A stretch of 64,000 bases of DNA from Octopus vulgaris. Lineage: Eukaryota. The translations under genes and the position numbers were made by a program. Of this stretch, positions 12,461-25,624 are shown in pieces; positions within the stretch are counted from its first letter, which is position 1, and every line of letters begins with the position of its first letter. The stretch covers positions 64,976,001 through 65,040,000 of the forward strand of contig OX597818.1 of assembly GCA_951406725.2 (NCBI GenBank), in the 5' to 3' direction. Under the pieces are notes generated by a model, which was not told where the DNA came from, searched no databases, and saw only the letters and a list, made by a program, of their open reading frames with translations.

Positions 12461-15135
12461 AGAATATGTAGATGAATATAACCACACATTTAGCTGTGTG
12501 CATCGACGGTTCAATTAACACACTCTAACACACTCAGTGAACCAAAGCCAGGACCTCTGACAACTAAAACATTTTGACGCGTGTTTAACGACCGGCTTAA
12601 CTTCTCTTAAGAATGCTATATAAAACTCAAATTAAAACCTACACCTTAATTATGAACATGTGTGTCTATACTTATACACGTACCCTTAGATCTTGTGTGT
12701 CTGTAGTCTACGTCAAATCATCTTCAATGCGAATTTGAACAGACGTAAGCAGTATGTCAGGAGTTGAACATTAGCGATCAAAACCCAGATGGGTTGACAG
12801 TACACTTCGCCTGCATTATTGTTTCATTTATAGTCATTTTAACCCCATAATTTCATAAATGCTTTAATGGTAGGTGAGTGACATTCTCACGGGAGATTCA
12901 TGATTCAGTTATATATCAGATTGTTGATGATTGTTTTGCTAGAGTTGAAATGGCAAATATTGCTTGAAAAATATTCCGTGACACCGCTAAGTTCTGAAAT
13001 ATTGCAAGACGTATTCCATGATCTTTGGTATGGTGTTGGCTTGTTTATGATTCTAAAATGTCAGACATTTTTCCTTTGTTTTTGTTTTCATGCTACAGAA
13101 GTGCGTATCTGAGTTCATTTTCGTGTAGACATTGTTTAGAACAGAAATAGAATTCTAAAAACAAACAAACATCTCAAAATAACGTGATTCTAATGGCAAA
13201 AACAAAATCAACAAGAAAGAAAAAAAAACTCATTTATTATTTTTTTCTCATTTTCTCCTATTTATTTGCATAATTTTAAACAATCTTAAAATGTAATTGA
13301 TTTTCGTATGAAAATTAGTTTGTCTGTGATTTTTAATCAATCGGAGGCCAAAACAATTAAAATACGAAATGAAACTGGTAAATATTAGGTAAATGATACT
13401 AACCGCATAATTACTGTAATATAAATTTCACTATTGAAATATTATTTTCTTCAGAATTTAAAATACTGCATTCTTCAGCCTCTGTTATGTTTCAGCAGGT
13501 CGCATGACTCCTGCCATTTCATCTTTGACAAAACCGTCAGAAGCATTTAATGCACGTCTGTGTCTTTGGTAATGTGTCTTCCAGAGAAAACCAATCGGTT
13601 GATTGGCATCGCATCACTAAGGGATATACTTGAGAGCCTCTGACTACTTGCATGGTGCAATTTCCTCACATTGTATTTTTTTACTGTTACTAAGATATCT
13701 AAGACTCGGTATTGCCGTTCTTGCATTTCCAACATTATTTTGCCCACAGCCCTAGGTGGGCAATACGAGGAAATGAGGATTCCACACAATAAAGGTAACG
13801 ACAGGTGGGGAGAGCAGTAGGCCGGTGGCACCTGGAGTTACGAAACATGCCAGTATGTAAGTGTGTGTGTATGTCTCTCTTCTATTTTTAATTAAGTTCT
13901 TCTCCAGAGAAAAGCACTGCTTTCAACAAAAGACATAAATCTCCATTGTTGATAGCAAAAACAATATCACATTTTAAACTTGAGAAAGTCTTGCATGTTT
14001 TGAATGTTCCACTTACAGATTGTATCTATATTGTGTGAGTTCATTTCTCTTTCAGAAATTTGACGCTTATACAGACCCATCAGATAGGCATTTACTCAGA
14101 AAATGATTTGCAACAATTCTTATTGGTATAAACATAAATTGTAATATTTGTATAGAAACTGGAGGCTCCGAAGCAATAGTCCATAGTCTTCCACTTTCTG
14201 TTAGGTTTTTAAACAGATATTAGCATCTCCAGGACAACTAACAACTATGACGGCACATATCTTCTCCTGTCTGTCCCAAACAACATGTATGTGTGTATAG
14301 ATGTATGTACCTGTGTATATATGCAGTTATGTTTGTGTGAATATATATGTGTGTTTGTATATAGATATATACATGCATACCCAGAAATTTAAGTGATTTC
14401 GCTCATGCTTAGTGGTTTTTGTTTAAATAAATCATATATACTGTTTGTTACACTTTCCTCTTCAACATTCTCGCCTTCACTGTTCGCCAGCTGATCTGCA
14501 AAATTCTCTATCATATTCACACTTCCTGTATTTACATTTCTTCTCAAACAATAATTGGAAGAAATATTTGTAAGAAGAATACGATTTCAATATAGAGAAA
14601 TAAAGTTTTCAAATAAACACCGCCACTCGCATGTTGCACTGGAAATATTTCAAGTTGACTGAATGCCAGAAACTTATATTTCAAACTCTTTTATATTGGA
14701 ATATATACGAAACCAAACGTAATCTAACAGAAAACAATTGAAACAAAAATAACTTCACAACAAATAGATTTATTAGTCGGAAAAAATATTGAAACGACAC
14801 TTTTTGAAAAATACATCAAAAGAGAATAATCCCATAATAAGTATCTGATTTCCAAACCTTAACCTCTCAGGTCATTTGGCACCATAAAGTGAAATAGTAG
14901 CGATAAGCTTCAAGCTGCAAAGAGAAATGTAATTTGGCCAAGAATATATTCATTATTTGTTATCAGAGAGCTACTAGATATTTTAGTTGCCAATTAAGAA
15001 AATCTAATAAATATTGGATTTTCATTGACTCTTATCTGGGAAATTTAACAAAAACTCGCAAACATACATTACATTTAATACACACAAACACAAATATGTA
15101 GATTATATATACTCATTGTATGCGTGTGAGTGAAT

Positions 15136-15179
<44 letters not shown>

Positions 15180-16607
15180 ATGTAAATGTATGTGTGTTGT
15201 GTTTGGGGTATGTTTATGTGTGTGTGTGCCTGCAAAGTTTACGTATAATTCCGCAGAAACCTTATCTGTCTGCGCCACAATATCATCGCTTCACGTTTCC
15301 TTTCTGACGAAAGGTAATATATTTATATACCGGAAATATATCGCAAATTATTTTATGTTAATATCGATTCTGTTAGTATATAGCTATCCTTCTTCCCATT
15401 ATTAGTGGATAGACATACAAGGGAAATTTTATGTGTGGAAAGTTTTCATTGGCGTGTTTTCGACAATAAAATGATATTTTGTGGAGCAGGTAATAGTAAC
15501 GAAGCGGATCACAAATGAAGGCATGTTTAATGTTTGTAGATATGTGTTTGGAAATCAGATACGCAAACACACAAACTCACAAACACATAAACACATGCCC
15601 TCACAGACACAGCTACATGTGTTCAGACATATACACACATGTATGTCTGACAAATGCTCACACACACACTCACAATGGCATAGATATACTCATATTCACA
15701 TATATCAGATTTGGTATTGAATGACAAACAAGAACAAACATAGTATAAAACTTCTTTCGTTTTATGGAAAATCTTGATAAAATTTGAAACCCCAAACGTT
15801 GCGAACGAATATAATTATACGGCATTTTATACATCCTCATAAGTTTGAGTTCAAATCATACGAGCTGTATATTCACCCCCGTGGACTCTAATATATTTAT
15901 GAGTAATTCACTTATATTGATTCTCTCATCAATAAAGATTCCTCGAAATATAATTGCTTTCGGCTTCGCCAAGAGAAAAGCTCAGTGGGTATTACAATAT
16001 CATGATATTATTTTTTTAATCTAATTATATTGATATTTTCAAATTTGATTTTGTAAATGTTTCTAACTTAATCTAGAAAATAATTCACTTACTAGAATAT
16101 TTAGTGAAAGAAAAAATCTCGAGGCAATTTCAAATAAAATTTAAATAATCAACTAAAAAAGTGTTTGTCACAACAGAAATGGAGAAAAGAAAGCGAAAAC
16201 AAATGAGTGAATGCTATTTTTGAACTAAGATATTTGTCGAGACTTTCTGAAAAAAGCTGTATAAGATTGATTAGCAGTCAACAAATCTTTGTAATAACAT
16301 GTGTACAGATTGAAGTTGTACTTTGATTATAAAATATACATTATCTACTTCGGTATTCAGATGTTTTTTTTCTTTTCGACTTGAGGTATTTTCCATTGCA
16401 GTATTTAAAATGATAGCTAACGAATACGAGACGTATTTGGACAATCAAGGTAGCTCTTGGGGTTTGTGGGGATCCCAAGTAGTTGGCTTGAACCGATTTG
16501 TTAGTCTATGGTGTGCGATACAACATCAATTCAGTTTAGCGCATGCACATTCCGTCTTAAATATTGAAATAATTCTTTAGTGTGTAGTTGTACCTCATAT
16601 ACATAAA

Positions 16608-16770
16608 ATACCTATTTCTTTACTACCTACAAGAGGATAAACACAGAGAGGATAAACAAGGACAGACAAAACGGATTATGTCGATTATATCGAGCCCAGT
16701 GCGTAACCGGTACTTAATTTATCGAGCCCGAAAGGAAGAAAGGCAAAGTCGCCCTCGGCGGAATTTGAAA
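16608..16770 (-). mobile_element. SINE family B, 5'-truncated
   Basis: Matches the 3' two-thirds of the copy at 5153. Confidence 0.85.
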
Positions 16771-17022
16771 TTATAGATAACTTCACTGTATGTCAATAAA
16801 TTGGATTGCGAGTTATTGTATTCTTTCGTCGAGAATCGCGCTTCTATTATAATATTATGCAAAAGTTCGTATATCTGCTCAAGCATAGGAGCATAAATAC
16901 TCAATACCAACCCCTCAGTTCTTTCAGTTCCCTTCTACCAATGTGGCTGACATGAAACAAATTTTTTCAAGTTGCAAGAGCAACTTGCCTTGTCTTTCTG
17001 CTGTTCAAAGGCGTCTCAGAGT

Positions 17023-17095
17023 TCGAACATAAATTACCATTTGAACATAAATTACCATTTGAACATAAATTACCATTTGAACTTAAATTACCATC
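17023..17095 (+). repeat. 18 bp tandem repeat (ttgaacataaattaccat) x4
   Basis: Directly visible. Confidence 0.9.
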
Positions 17096-19667
17096 TTATT
17101 TGTATCTTACAAAACACATTTCATATATATGCTTCGTTCTTTTTATACATGTATTTATATATTTAACTTTAAATCATCTAAAAGCGCAGATTGATTTGTG
17201 AGCGGGTAGTTTAGCTTAATAGTAAAACATTTTGCGTATATATATATATATATGTACGCATAAACACGCACTCGCACACCTAGACACACATACAAACATA
17301 CGCACACACACACACACACACACACACACGCGCGCGCGCATACATATAGATATACATATATACCATAAGTTTACACGCCTGTATTTCCAAGGATCACCTA
17401 CATTGTGTCACTGATGTTAGCAGAAGAGTTTATGATGATTAAAAATATTTGTGGAATCCTCGCAGTCATTCAGCCAAAATTTAATGCAATTCTTTTTTTA
17501 TATATTGAGCATTGATTCTCGAATTTGATGGCACAAACTTTTTTTGTCTGTCAGTGAAAATTCTTATGGAAGTCAACTTTCTTATTCGACTTAATACATC
17601 TTCCCATTTATAGTTTTGTTGGAAATGGTAAAGAATACAGATTTCTTTGATGATGGTGGTGATTATATTCTGTAGCAATTTCTTTAAAATTTCAATAATT
17701 AATTCATTCCTTTGACGTAATCCTATCGTAATATATTTGTTGTCCTTTAATACATTACAGTTTTAAGATATTTTACCTTAATCCACTTCCGACGGAATTA
17801 TTTTCATAATTATTCCAGTTATTTTCATGCCATTTTTTGCATGTACTACGGAGTATGGACGCATATTTGCTTTTTAAAATCATCATACTATTATTAAAAC
17901 AAGGTACGTTTGGTGTATCAAGCAAACCAGTGTTTTTCGACTAATAAAATAAAAAAGGTGCAAAGCCGTTGTTTTTACGTAATACGTTATTCCACACTGA
18001 TTTGTATTCTAATAATTACTATAGCATATGATTTATCTTATGGTGTAGCCATATTCAGAAACATTACGTCCTAATAAAACTGTAAATATTTTCTCCTGAT
18101 ACTTATAACAATGGAAAATAATTTATTGGGAATGAAAATCATGCTTTCTAATTAGTAAACTAAATTCATATTAAGATTTTTACACATATTTTTCGATTCT
18201 TTTTCTTCTCGAAATATATTTTGTTTTAAGATAAACATGAGAATAAGAAAACATGTTTTAAAATATTTATCCGTTTTTAATGTAGAAATATTTCAATTAA
18301 TAGTAACACTCAGTTAAATTGAATGGACTAATTGGATAATTGTAGCATAAAATCTTTCTTTTCCATATATTCCATCACATGATCAAGGTTTTGTCTTGCT
18401 GTGAACGCTATTTACATGAACGACAAAACCACTACGATAATTGAGGAGAAATTTACGTTGATTAGTTTATCTTAGCAAAAGCATTCTAAAATTAATTAGT
18501 TATTTAATCATCTTAACAATTCATTTCTAAAACTATGCTTTCCGGAAACGCATTTAAACAGAAATCTTTTGAGAAAACCCAAAATTTTTAGAATAGTATT
18601 TGAAAAGAATTTTCACAAAATTTTTTTAATAAATATTCTTTTTATTTTTGTTTCACATTTTTCTAGCTGGCATCTTTCTTAAGTCTCTTAGATATGTACT
18701 TTTTCAAATATTTCCATATTTTTTACATGAATATTGTAAAGAATGAATATTAAATTCACTAGATGATCTAAACTCATATTTTATTGCACAAGATTTGTCT
18801 TCTTAGATCATGAATTCAATTCCATGCCTGCATTCTCAGAGAATACATAAACACGAAATTTAGAGAGCGGTACAGCTACGTAAATTCTTCAGCATTATTT
18901 CAAAACTGAACGAAAATGTTAAATGAAAGACCAATGCTACAAGTTTACTGATTGAACCGACTTAAATCTGTTTATGAAGAGCTCTGTTATTCTACATCCT
19001 GCTGATTCATCTAAGGCTGATGATAAACAAGCGTTATATTTTTTATAGATACTCAAATAGGAGTCAATTTTATTTTGATATTTAAATCTGAAGTCAGAAA
19101 TGAGATTTTAATTATAATACCGAGTCCGTGATGAATGCATTGATAATTGTCTTTTTTCTTCGTATCTGTTAAAGTTCCAATATACTGAAGTTACTAATAA
19201 TTTCATCAACACGTTGGTATTACAGGTATTTGTTAATGACTTACTAAGATTATTGAACGCATATAACGCTTTTTTAAAATTATAAATAATGTAATTTATT
19301 TCTTTTCATTAGCAAATTATCTGAGATGAATTGCAGTGGTTAACATTCATCTTTGAACGACCATAATCTGGATTGCAAATTGTAATCATCAGAGTTAGTA
19401 TAAAGTATTCCTAATCGATTTAATTCTCATTAATTTTATTGTATTAGCACCGACGGAATCGGGACGAATATTTGCAGGGTTTCAATATAAAAAACAGTGA
19501 ATAGCAATGATGTGATGGTTGATTGACTTCCTCAGTCACAATTCACAACGTACAGAGAACGGAGTAGAGTAAGTAAAAGAGAAGGAGTAAGCTGAAAACG
19601 TGAACGAAAACTTATTTTAGCAAAATTTTGCAAATATACGTAGAGGATGGATTAGAATAAGATTACT

Positions 19668-19905
19668 TTTTATCTTTGACTTGTATTAGTCTTTATATTG
19701 GGGTTATACGCAATCACCGCCTTTATGAGTTTATTTGAACAGATTGATCACAGTGCTTTCACTTGTAAACCTAGAACATATTTTTCTGTCGGTGTCTTTT
19801 AGAGAAAAACTAGGTTCGGGAGATTTTAACAAACCAACACTGGTTATCAGGCATCATACAGAATGGCACGCACACACACACAGATGACAACTCTCTGTCT
19901 GTCTA

Positions 19906-19956
<51 letters not shown>

Positions 19957-20690
19957 TTCTGTACGTTGCGAATTGCGACTGGGGAAGTCAATCAACCAGC
20001 ATTGCTATCGATATTTTTTTTTTATATTGAGATACTACAAATGTAATTTCTGGATAGAGGAAAAGAGTGCACAGAGGTTGTTCGAAGTTTGAACGAGAGA
20101 GAAAGAAGCACGAAAAGACCAAGAGAAAGCTTAGAAACAATGAGGAAGATGAGGAATGCTGCATTTTATGTGTGGGATTTGTCGGAGGGAAAGCTTGAGT
20201 CATGCAAGACTGACCAGTAATCAGAAATGCCTTAGGAGTTAACCCATTGTAAATTGTGAAACGAATGTTTTTCATAACAGAACATGTGCAACCTGTGTAA
20301 ATATGTGCCTTTCAGTTGGAGGATTGACAAGGCCTGTCAAAAAATTCATATTGTGGCACCTGTTCCCTCTGTCAGCCAGCACAGTTGTGCATTATGCCAC
20401 AGAATGCGCAAATATTAGGCCGGGCTCAAGGTTTGTACAACAGCTTCTCATTGCATCCTCAATGACTTATTTCAATTTTTCTTCTCAGCAATTGCTTTAC
20501 ACATATATGAAAAAGCAGCTACTATATATTATATGTGTATGTATGTATGTATATATAAATATATGGGCTTCAACAAAGATTAAGGGTAACATATTCACTC
20601 ACAAAGCATCGACGGATAAGAAGCTATAGAAGATACCTACCACAAAACCCACGCGTGGGTCTGAACCAGAAACCATGTGGCTTTCTAAGT
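19668..20690 (-). mobile_element. Old SINE family A, interrupted internally
   Basis: Tail-like segment at 19668-19870 and head ctgaaccagaaaccatgtgg at 20590-20690, both in reverse orientation. Confidence 0.5.
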
Positions 20691-20694
20691 ATAA

Positions 20695-21010
20695 CTGTGT
20701 GGCATCTGGGCACATCTATTCTTTTATAGCCTCGGACCGACCAACACTTTGTGATTGGATTCGGTAGCCGGAACCTGAATGAAGCCTTTCGTATATATGT
20801 ATACATTATGTGTCTTTGTATTTGTGTTTGTTCCCTACCAATACTTGACAATCGTTGTTAGTTCGATTACGTCCACGTAAATTAGCAGTTCGTCAAAAGA
20901 AAATAAATCCCAGGCTTAAAATGAATATATGTACGGGATCGATGTTTTCCATTAAAATCCTTCAAAGCGGTTGCCCAACATGGCCACAGGTTGGACTGAA
21001 ACAAGAAAGC
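20695..21010 (+). mobile_element. SINE family A, diverged and lacking the head
   Basis: tatagcctcggaccgaccaacactttgtgattggattcggtagccggaacctgaatgaagcc...catggccacagg matches the 34245 copy. Confidence 0.75.
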
Positions 21011-22287
21011 AACTAAAGATAATAATAAAATGAGGGATATTTGTGAATGGGATGCCATTCAGTATTTATGTGAAATTCCGATTGATTTTTTCCAAAACAA
21101 AAACGAGACCACATCTAGCACCGTGGAAATTTACACAAGTATCATTTTTAATACCAACATACTAATCTCTGTAACGTGCATAAAACTCCAAAACCCGCCA
21201 ATCGTCGTATATTTTATTCCCGTTCATGATGCTCAATGTCAAACAACATTGTAAAACATGAAATTTCACTGGAAATATCAATAGAAAAATATGTGTACAC
21301 AAGGATTAGTCTAAATGTAAAGGGAGATGTTATATTCCTTTGACCCCAATATTGGTGTCGAGAACGTTGCAGCTGAATAAATCATTCAAATGCAAATATA
21401 TTTGATTTGATGTTATATTTATCTTTATATATATTTATTTTTTTATTCAATTTAAATATCTCGGAAGACAATAAATCAACTCAGCGTTTATTATTTTTGT
21501 TTTTATGAACATTACACAAATCTAATCCCAAATGTGTATTTTAAGGACTACAAAATTCTGATAGAATCTAGTGTTTACTGGAGAATCCTATCTATTCAAA
21601 CATGCGCTGTAAAAGTAAAAATTCTTAATTTTACTTTTGCAATAAATTATGATAAATTGTTTCGAAAAATGAAAACTTGTAAGTTCATCTTAACACTTTA
21701 ACATCGGTTAATTTATTGACGTATACATTATGCAGAGTGTTATAACAGACATTTTTTTTTCTTTCTGTATTTCACAAACATAGTTTGAAGAAGTTTTAAT
21801 ACGTCAGCTCACTTAGAAGCAAAAACTTATAAACATGAATAACTTCCTTCACCATAAACAATTAAGTGGTAAATTGACAAAAAATGCTATTTAAACAGAT
21901 CTTAAATATTCACTCAAAAATATAAGATGCAGTGACTATGAATTCTGTTGCAAATATCCTTCATATCAGAGTAACTCTTCATAAGATGGGTAAACCTGGA
22001 AGTATATATTTGCCACCATTGCAAATATCATAAAATATTCTTTATATACAATAAATGTACAATATATTTTAACATATATCTTAACGTTAATACGAAAGAC
22101 ATTTGTGAAATTAATGCTAATCTTCAAAAGAAAAATATTTTGGGATTTAACATAAGATGAAATAAATATTTGTGATAAATATATGTTAATTGTTTTCTAA
22201 AAACTTATCAATATCGTCGTGGCACTCTGTCGGTTACGACGACGATGGTTGAAGTTGATCCGAACAACGTAACAAATTAACGCGTGC

Positions 22288-22690
22288 TGCTGCTTCTTTT
22301 AGTGTTCGCATTTTCCAGTGGTGTTCTCTCTCTATTATTTTAACTTCAGCCCACAGAGGGATGTGGTCTCCTTTTTGCCATGCATGATCAACTATACCCG
22401 ATTTATTAATATCTCCTCGTGTAAGAGCTTTGCAATGTTCGTCTACCCATATTTTGAGGGGGCATGTTTCGCCTTTGTATAATCTACCACAGCTGCATGG
22501 GATGGAGTAAACGTAGTCTTTGGTCATATTCTCTTCTATTAGTGGTTTTACTCAAAGGAGATATTTGCGAAGTGTTGTATTACTCTTGAATGCTGTCCTG
22601 ATGTCATATGGACCTCATATCTTTTTCAGATGTGGAATAATGTGCGTCAATTACATTCGACAGATAATTGTCCTCGTCTTGTTGTTAGCA
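22288..22690 (-). pseudogene. Penelope-like element GIY-YIG endonuclease fragment
   Basis: ORF 22234-22527 reads VYSIPCSCGRLYKGET...EH...KSGIVDHAW...H...W..VKIIEREHHW..R.LKEA, the typical PLE GIY-YIG layout. IRTAFKSNTTLRKYL lies upstream. Confidence 0.85.
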
Positions 22691-22918
22691 GAACGTTTCG
22701 GTTGAAATACAAAAACTAGTAAAGCAACACATATTCTATGACACATCAAACATCCTAAGCAGACCGAGTGCAGATATGAGCAGCATATGGGAACCGGTAT
22801 TAAGGATGGATAGAACAATATTAAATGTATAAGCCCTAGAATTCACTCCATAATTGCCCACGGGCATATGACGTAGTGGTTAACAGCGCGTGCTACTAAT
22901 CCCAAGATTCCGAGTGCG

Positions 22919-23017
<99 letters not shown>

Positions 23018-23031
23018 TTAATAATAATAAT

Positions 23032-23272
23032 ATCATAGTAGGTGCATTAGCCATGATAAAATAATATTCAGACAAATACATAACAAAAACACCAGGACTT
23101 ACAAACACAAATAACATACAGAAAATTGCACTACTAGGTACTGCACACATCCTACGCAGAACACTTTCCATACAATAACCATCAGAGCATCACAACAAAT
23201 CACAGCACATACCCAAGGCACACAGAGCTGCGCTCGGTAGTAAAGTGAAAGCACGCTATAAAAACAAAACTA

Positions 23273-23276
<4 letters not shown>
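23032..23276 (+). mobile_element. Dong/R4-type LINE 3' end in (AAT)n
   Basis: Translates IIVGALAMIK...IQKIALLGTAHILRRTLSIQ* followed by a 3' UTR. Flanked on both sides by AAT repeats. Confidence 0.85.
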
Positions 23277-23319
<43 letters not shown>

Positions 23320-23374
23320 CAACAACATCGAAAAATACCTTGGAAGGGAGAATCTGGGTTTGACATGTCCCCAA

Positions 23375-23420
23375 GACACCTGAAGAAGGCTGGAGGGTAT
23401 ATCAGCCGAAACCTTGTGTC
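23375..23420 (+). ncRNA. Minimal type I hammerhead ribozyme motif
   Basis: GACAC-CTGAAGA-A-GGCTG(gagggtatat)CAGCC-GAAAC-CTT-GTGTC. Stems I and II are perfect. Other copies have GAAACGTT (palindromic stem III). Confidence 0.75.
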
Positions 23421-23719
23421 AGCAACGTCGTATTAACAACAAACAGGATGAGGACAAATATCCGTCGAATGTAAATAATGTAAATATTGTAAATATCTAG
23501 GCTTATAGATCACATCAAACCTGACGTCAGACATTCAATGGATGCTTAAAGCAATTGCTCAGTGTTCATAACACATAGAGGAATGTAGATGCATCGATGG
23601 AACAGGTATTAGACATGATATTTTAATTCAGTGTTGACCACTAATTTAGGAAAATGTTATAATGTTTAACAATTCATTTCGCTTCGGCACAGAAGCCACA
23701 GCATATATAGGATACTTCT

Positions 23720-24095
23720 GCTTCACCATATTCAATGCAGAAAGAAATCCGCACACCAAAATTCCTCCAATAGAAGAAGGACAACATGATAGAAAATCCG
23801 AGCAAGGAATCCGGGCTTTTGGCGACATAATTGCGTTTTAGAGTTGCCACCATAAAACTGGCCCTAAAGAAAGATTTCCGCTGCCACTTACATAAGTGTT
23901 CCACAGACGAAATGTAACAACCAAAACCAAGGAGCACCGCATCGTGAAGGTAAAGAAAGCTCTTGAAAAAGCTGAAGTATCATGTTGAGCCGGAGCCACG
24001 TATTATGAAAACCAAATAGCCCCAAATTGTGATGGTGTTTGAGTGTGTCACCAGTCAGGGCGATCCTACGCTGCACCATATATTTGAAATTGATC
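23720..24095 (+). pseudogene. Degenerate DD37D/maT-like transposase fragment
   Basis: MIENPSKE..LLA...VATIKLALKKDFR...KEHRIVKVKK and MKTK*PQIVMVFECVTSQGD, interrupted by stops. Confidence 0.65.
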
Positions 24096-24240
24096 ATAGT
24101 CTCAATTTAGATGACTTATAAATATGCAGCTATGAAATATAGTCTGAATAGTGTGTTTGCACACGCTCCAATGCACACAGTACACAACTCTCGTATACAT
24201 ACTTTTCTATATATATGTATAAATATATATATATATATAT

Positions 24241-24541
24241 ATCACCGTGATCGACCAGGCTATCAGCTGCTGCTACACAACGCTGGTCACAATGCGATTC
24301 GCATTGTTTTAGCCTTCAAATGACGCCACCCTGCTGGCTAAGCGAGCTGGCCAACAGAAGAAAGATTTAGAGAAAGTTGTAGCGAAAGAGTACAGCAGGG
24401 ATCTCCACCACCCCCTACCGGGGCCTCGTGGAGCTTTAAGTGTTTTCGCTCAATAAACACAACTCCTGGTCTGGGAATCGAAACCGCGATCCTACGACCG
24501 CGAGTCCGTTGCGCTAACCACTGGGCCATCGCACCTCCACA
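24241..24541 (-). mobile_element. tRNA(Arg-like)-derived SINE (family D, resembles octopus OR-type SINEs)
   Basis: Minus-strand head ggaggtgcgatggcccagtggttagcgcaacggactcgcggtcgtaggatcgcggtttcgattcccagacc has A and B boxes. Flanked by (TA)n. Confidence 0.85.
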
Positions 24542-24542
24542 C

Positions 24543-24575
<33 letters not shown>

Positions 24576-24689
24576 GAGGTGCGATGGTCCAGTGGTTAGG
24601 GCAGCGGACTCGCGGTAGTAGGATCGTGATCACGTGATATATATATATATATATATAAGGATGTCAGCACTGTTAGCGTTGATTACCGA

Positions 24690-25624
24690 CAAGCATCTTC
24701 TGTATATGTGTTCATTGAATGCACCAAACGATTCACGAAGGCCATGGGGATAGTTGTACCGCAGTTTTCGGCCTTAGACAGATGCCATTTGCCTTCTTTG
24801 GATTTCATCACATGTGCTCCATGGAGTACAAATCCGAACCTTTGGTAGGCCACGACAGTGTCATGGCCTGTTGGAGGAAATATGTTATCAACTTGGCAAT
24901 ATGGACACGGGTATTGCTGTGTTGGAACACGGGATTCCGATGGCGAGCAAAGTATGACACAATATAAGACATCTACACTTGGTCGATGTGATGAGCATTG
25001 GTTACTCCATTGCCCTGGATTTGACCGATGTTTTTCGAAGAGGACCATTCAGGGTTTCTGTTAAAGTGCAATCCCACTCCATACTGTGATGTCTCTAACC
25101 ACCACGCAGCCACCAGTAAGGCTTCACCTTTTATTTTCCAAACCCTAGCTCAGACAACTGCCACAGAAATGCAATGTCAACTTCCGTCAGAAAAGACTTC
25201 AACTGCTGATATCGCTAGTTCTGGCGTTTTTGAACCCACTGCAGACGTGCCCGTATATAATGCTCTGTGAGGATGTGACCTCAAGCCGGACGTCTACGAG
25301 ACAGACGGAAAGACCTCCGTCTGCGGCGAACTGTCTCTGCACAAATGGGTCTGTAGTGAGTCCCCATCGTCTGCTTAACTGATTGCGTTGCTCTCTGGAA
25401 TCGATCCCGCAAGCGCTGGTAATGCAGGTGGTAATCTTGACGTGCCATTGTAACCCTCGGTAGGCTACTCCCTGGACGATCATCCGAACTGTTTGTGGCA
25501 TCGTTTCGTTCTCTCAGCCGTTCAATTGTCTGCAGCTCAAGCAATTAGCAATATCTCATGAACGTTGACCAGCACGGATACGTCTGGTGGCTTGCTCTCT
25601 CTGATTTCGCGTCAGTTTTGCCAT
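24690..25624 (-). pseudogene. Tc1-family transposase pseudogene
   Basis: MAKLTRNQRE start; DRP.S..PRVT..RQD, RDRF..AT, TVRRR HTH region; VFSDGS (cf. FSDES); FQHSNTRVH (cf. FQQDNARPH); WPTKGSDLYSMEH (cf. WPxxSPDLNPIE). Multiple stops and frameshifts. Confidence 0.88.

Larger units (their letters stand above)
22861..23486 (+). mobile_element. tRNA-Ile-like head + (AAT)n + hammerhead tail SINE (family H), with nested Dong fragment
   Basis: Head gggcatatgacgtagtggttaacagcgcgtgctactaatcccaagattccgagtgcgat (22862-22920), AAT tract, tail catcgaaaaatacc...atccgtcgaatgtaaataatg (23326-23486). Confidence 0.85.

Noticed and set aside
14056-14124. Possible micro-exons with AG/GT ends (also about 50417-50477)
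   Set aside because: No recognisable protein similarity; such sites are expected by chance.
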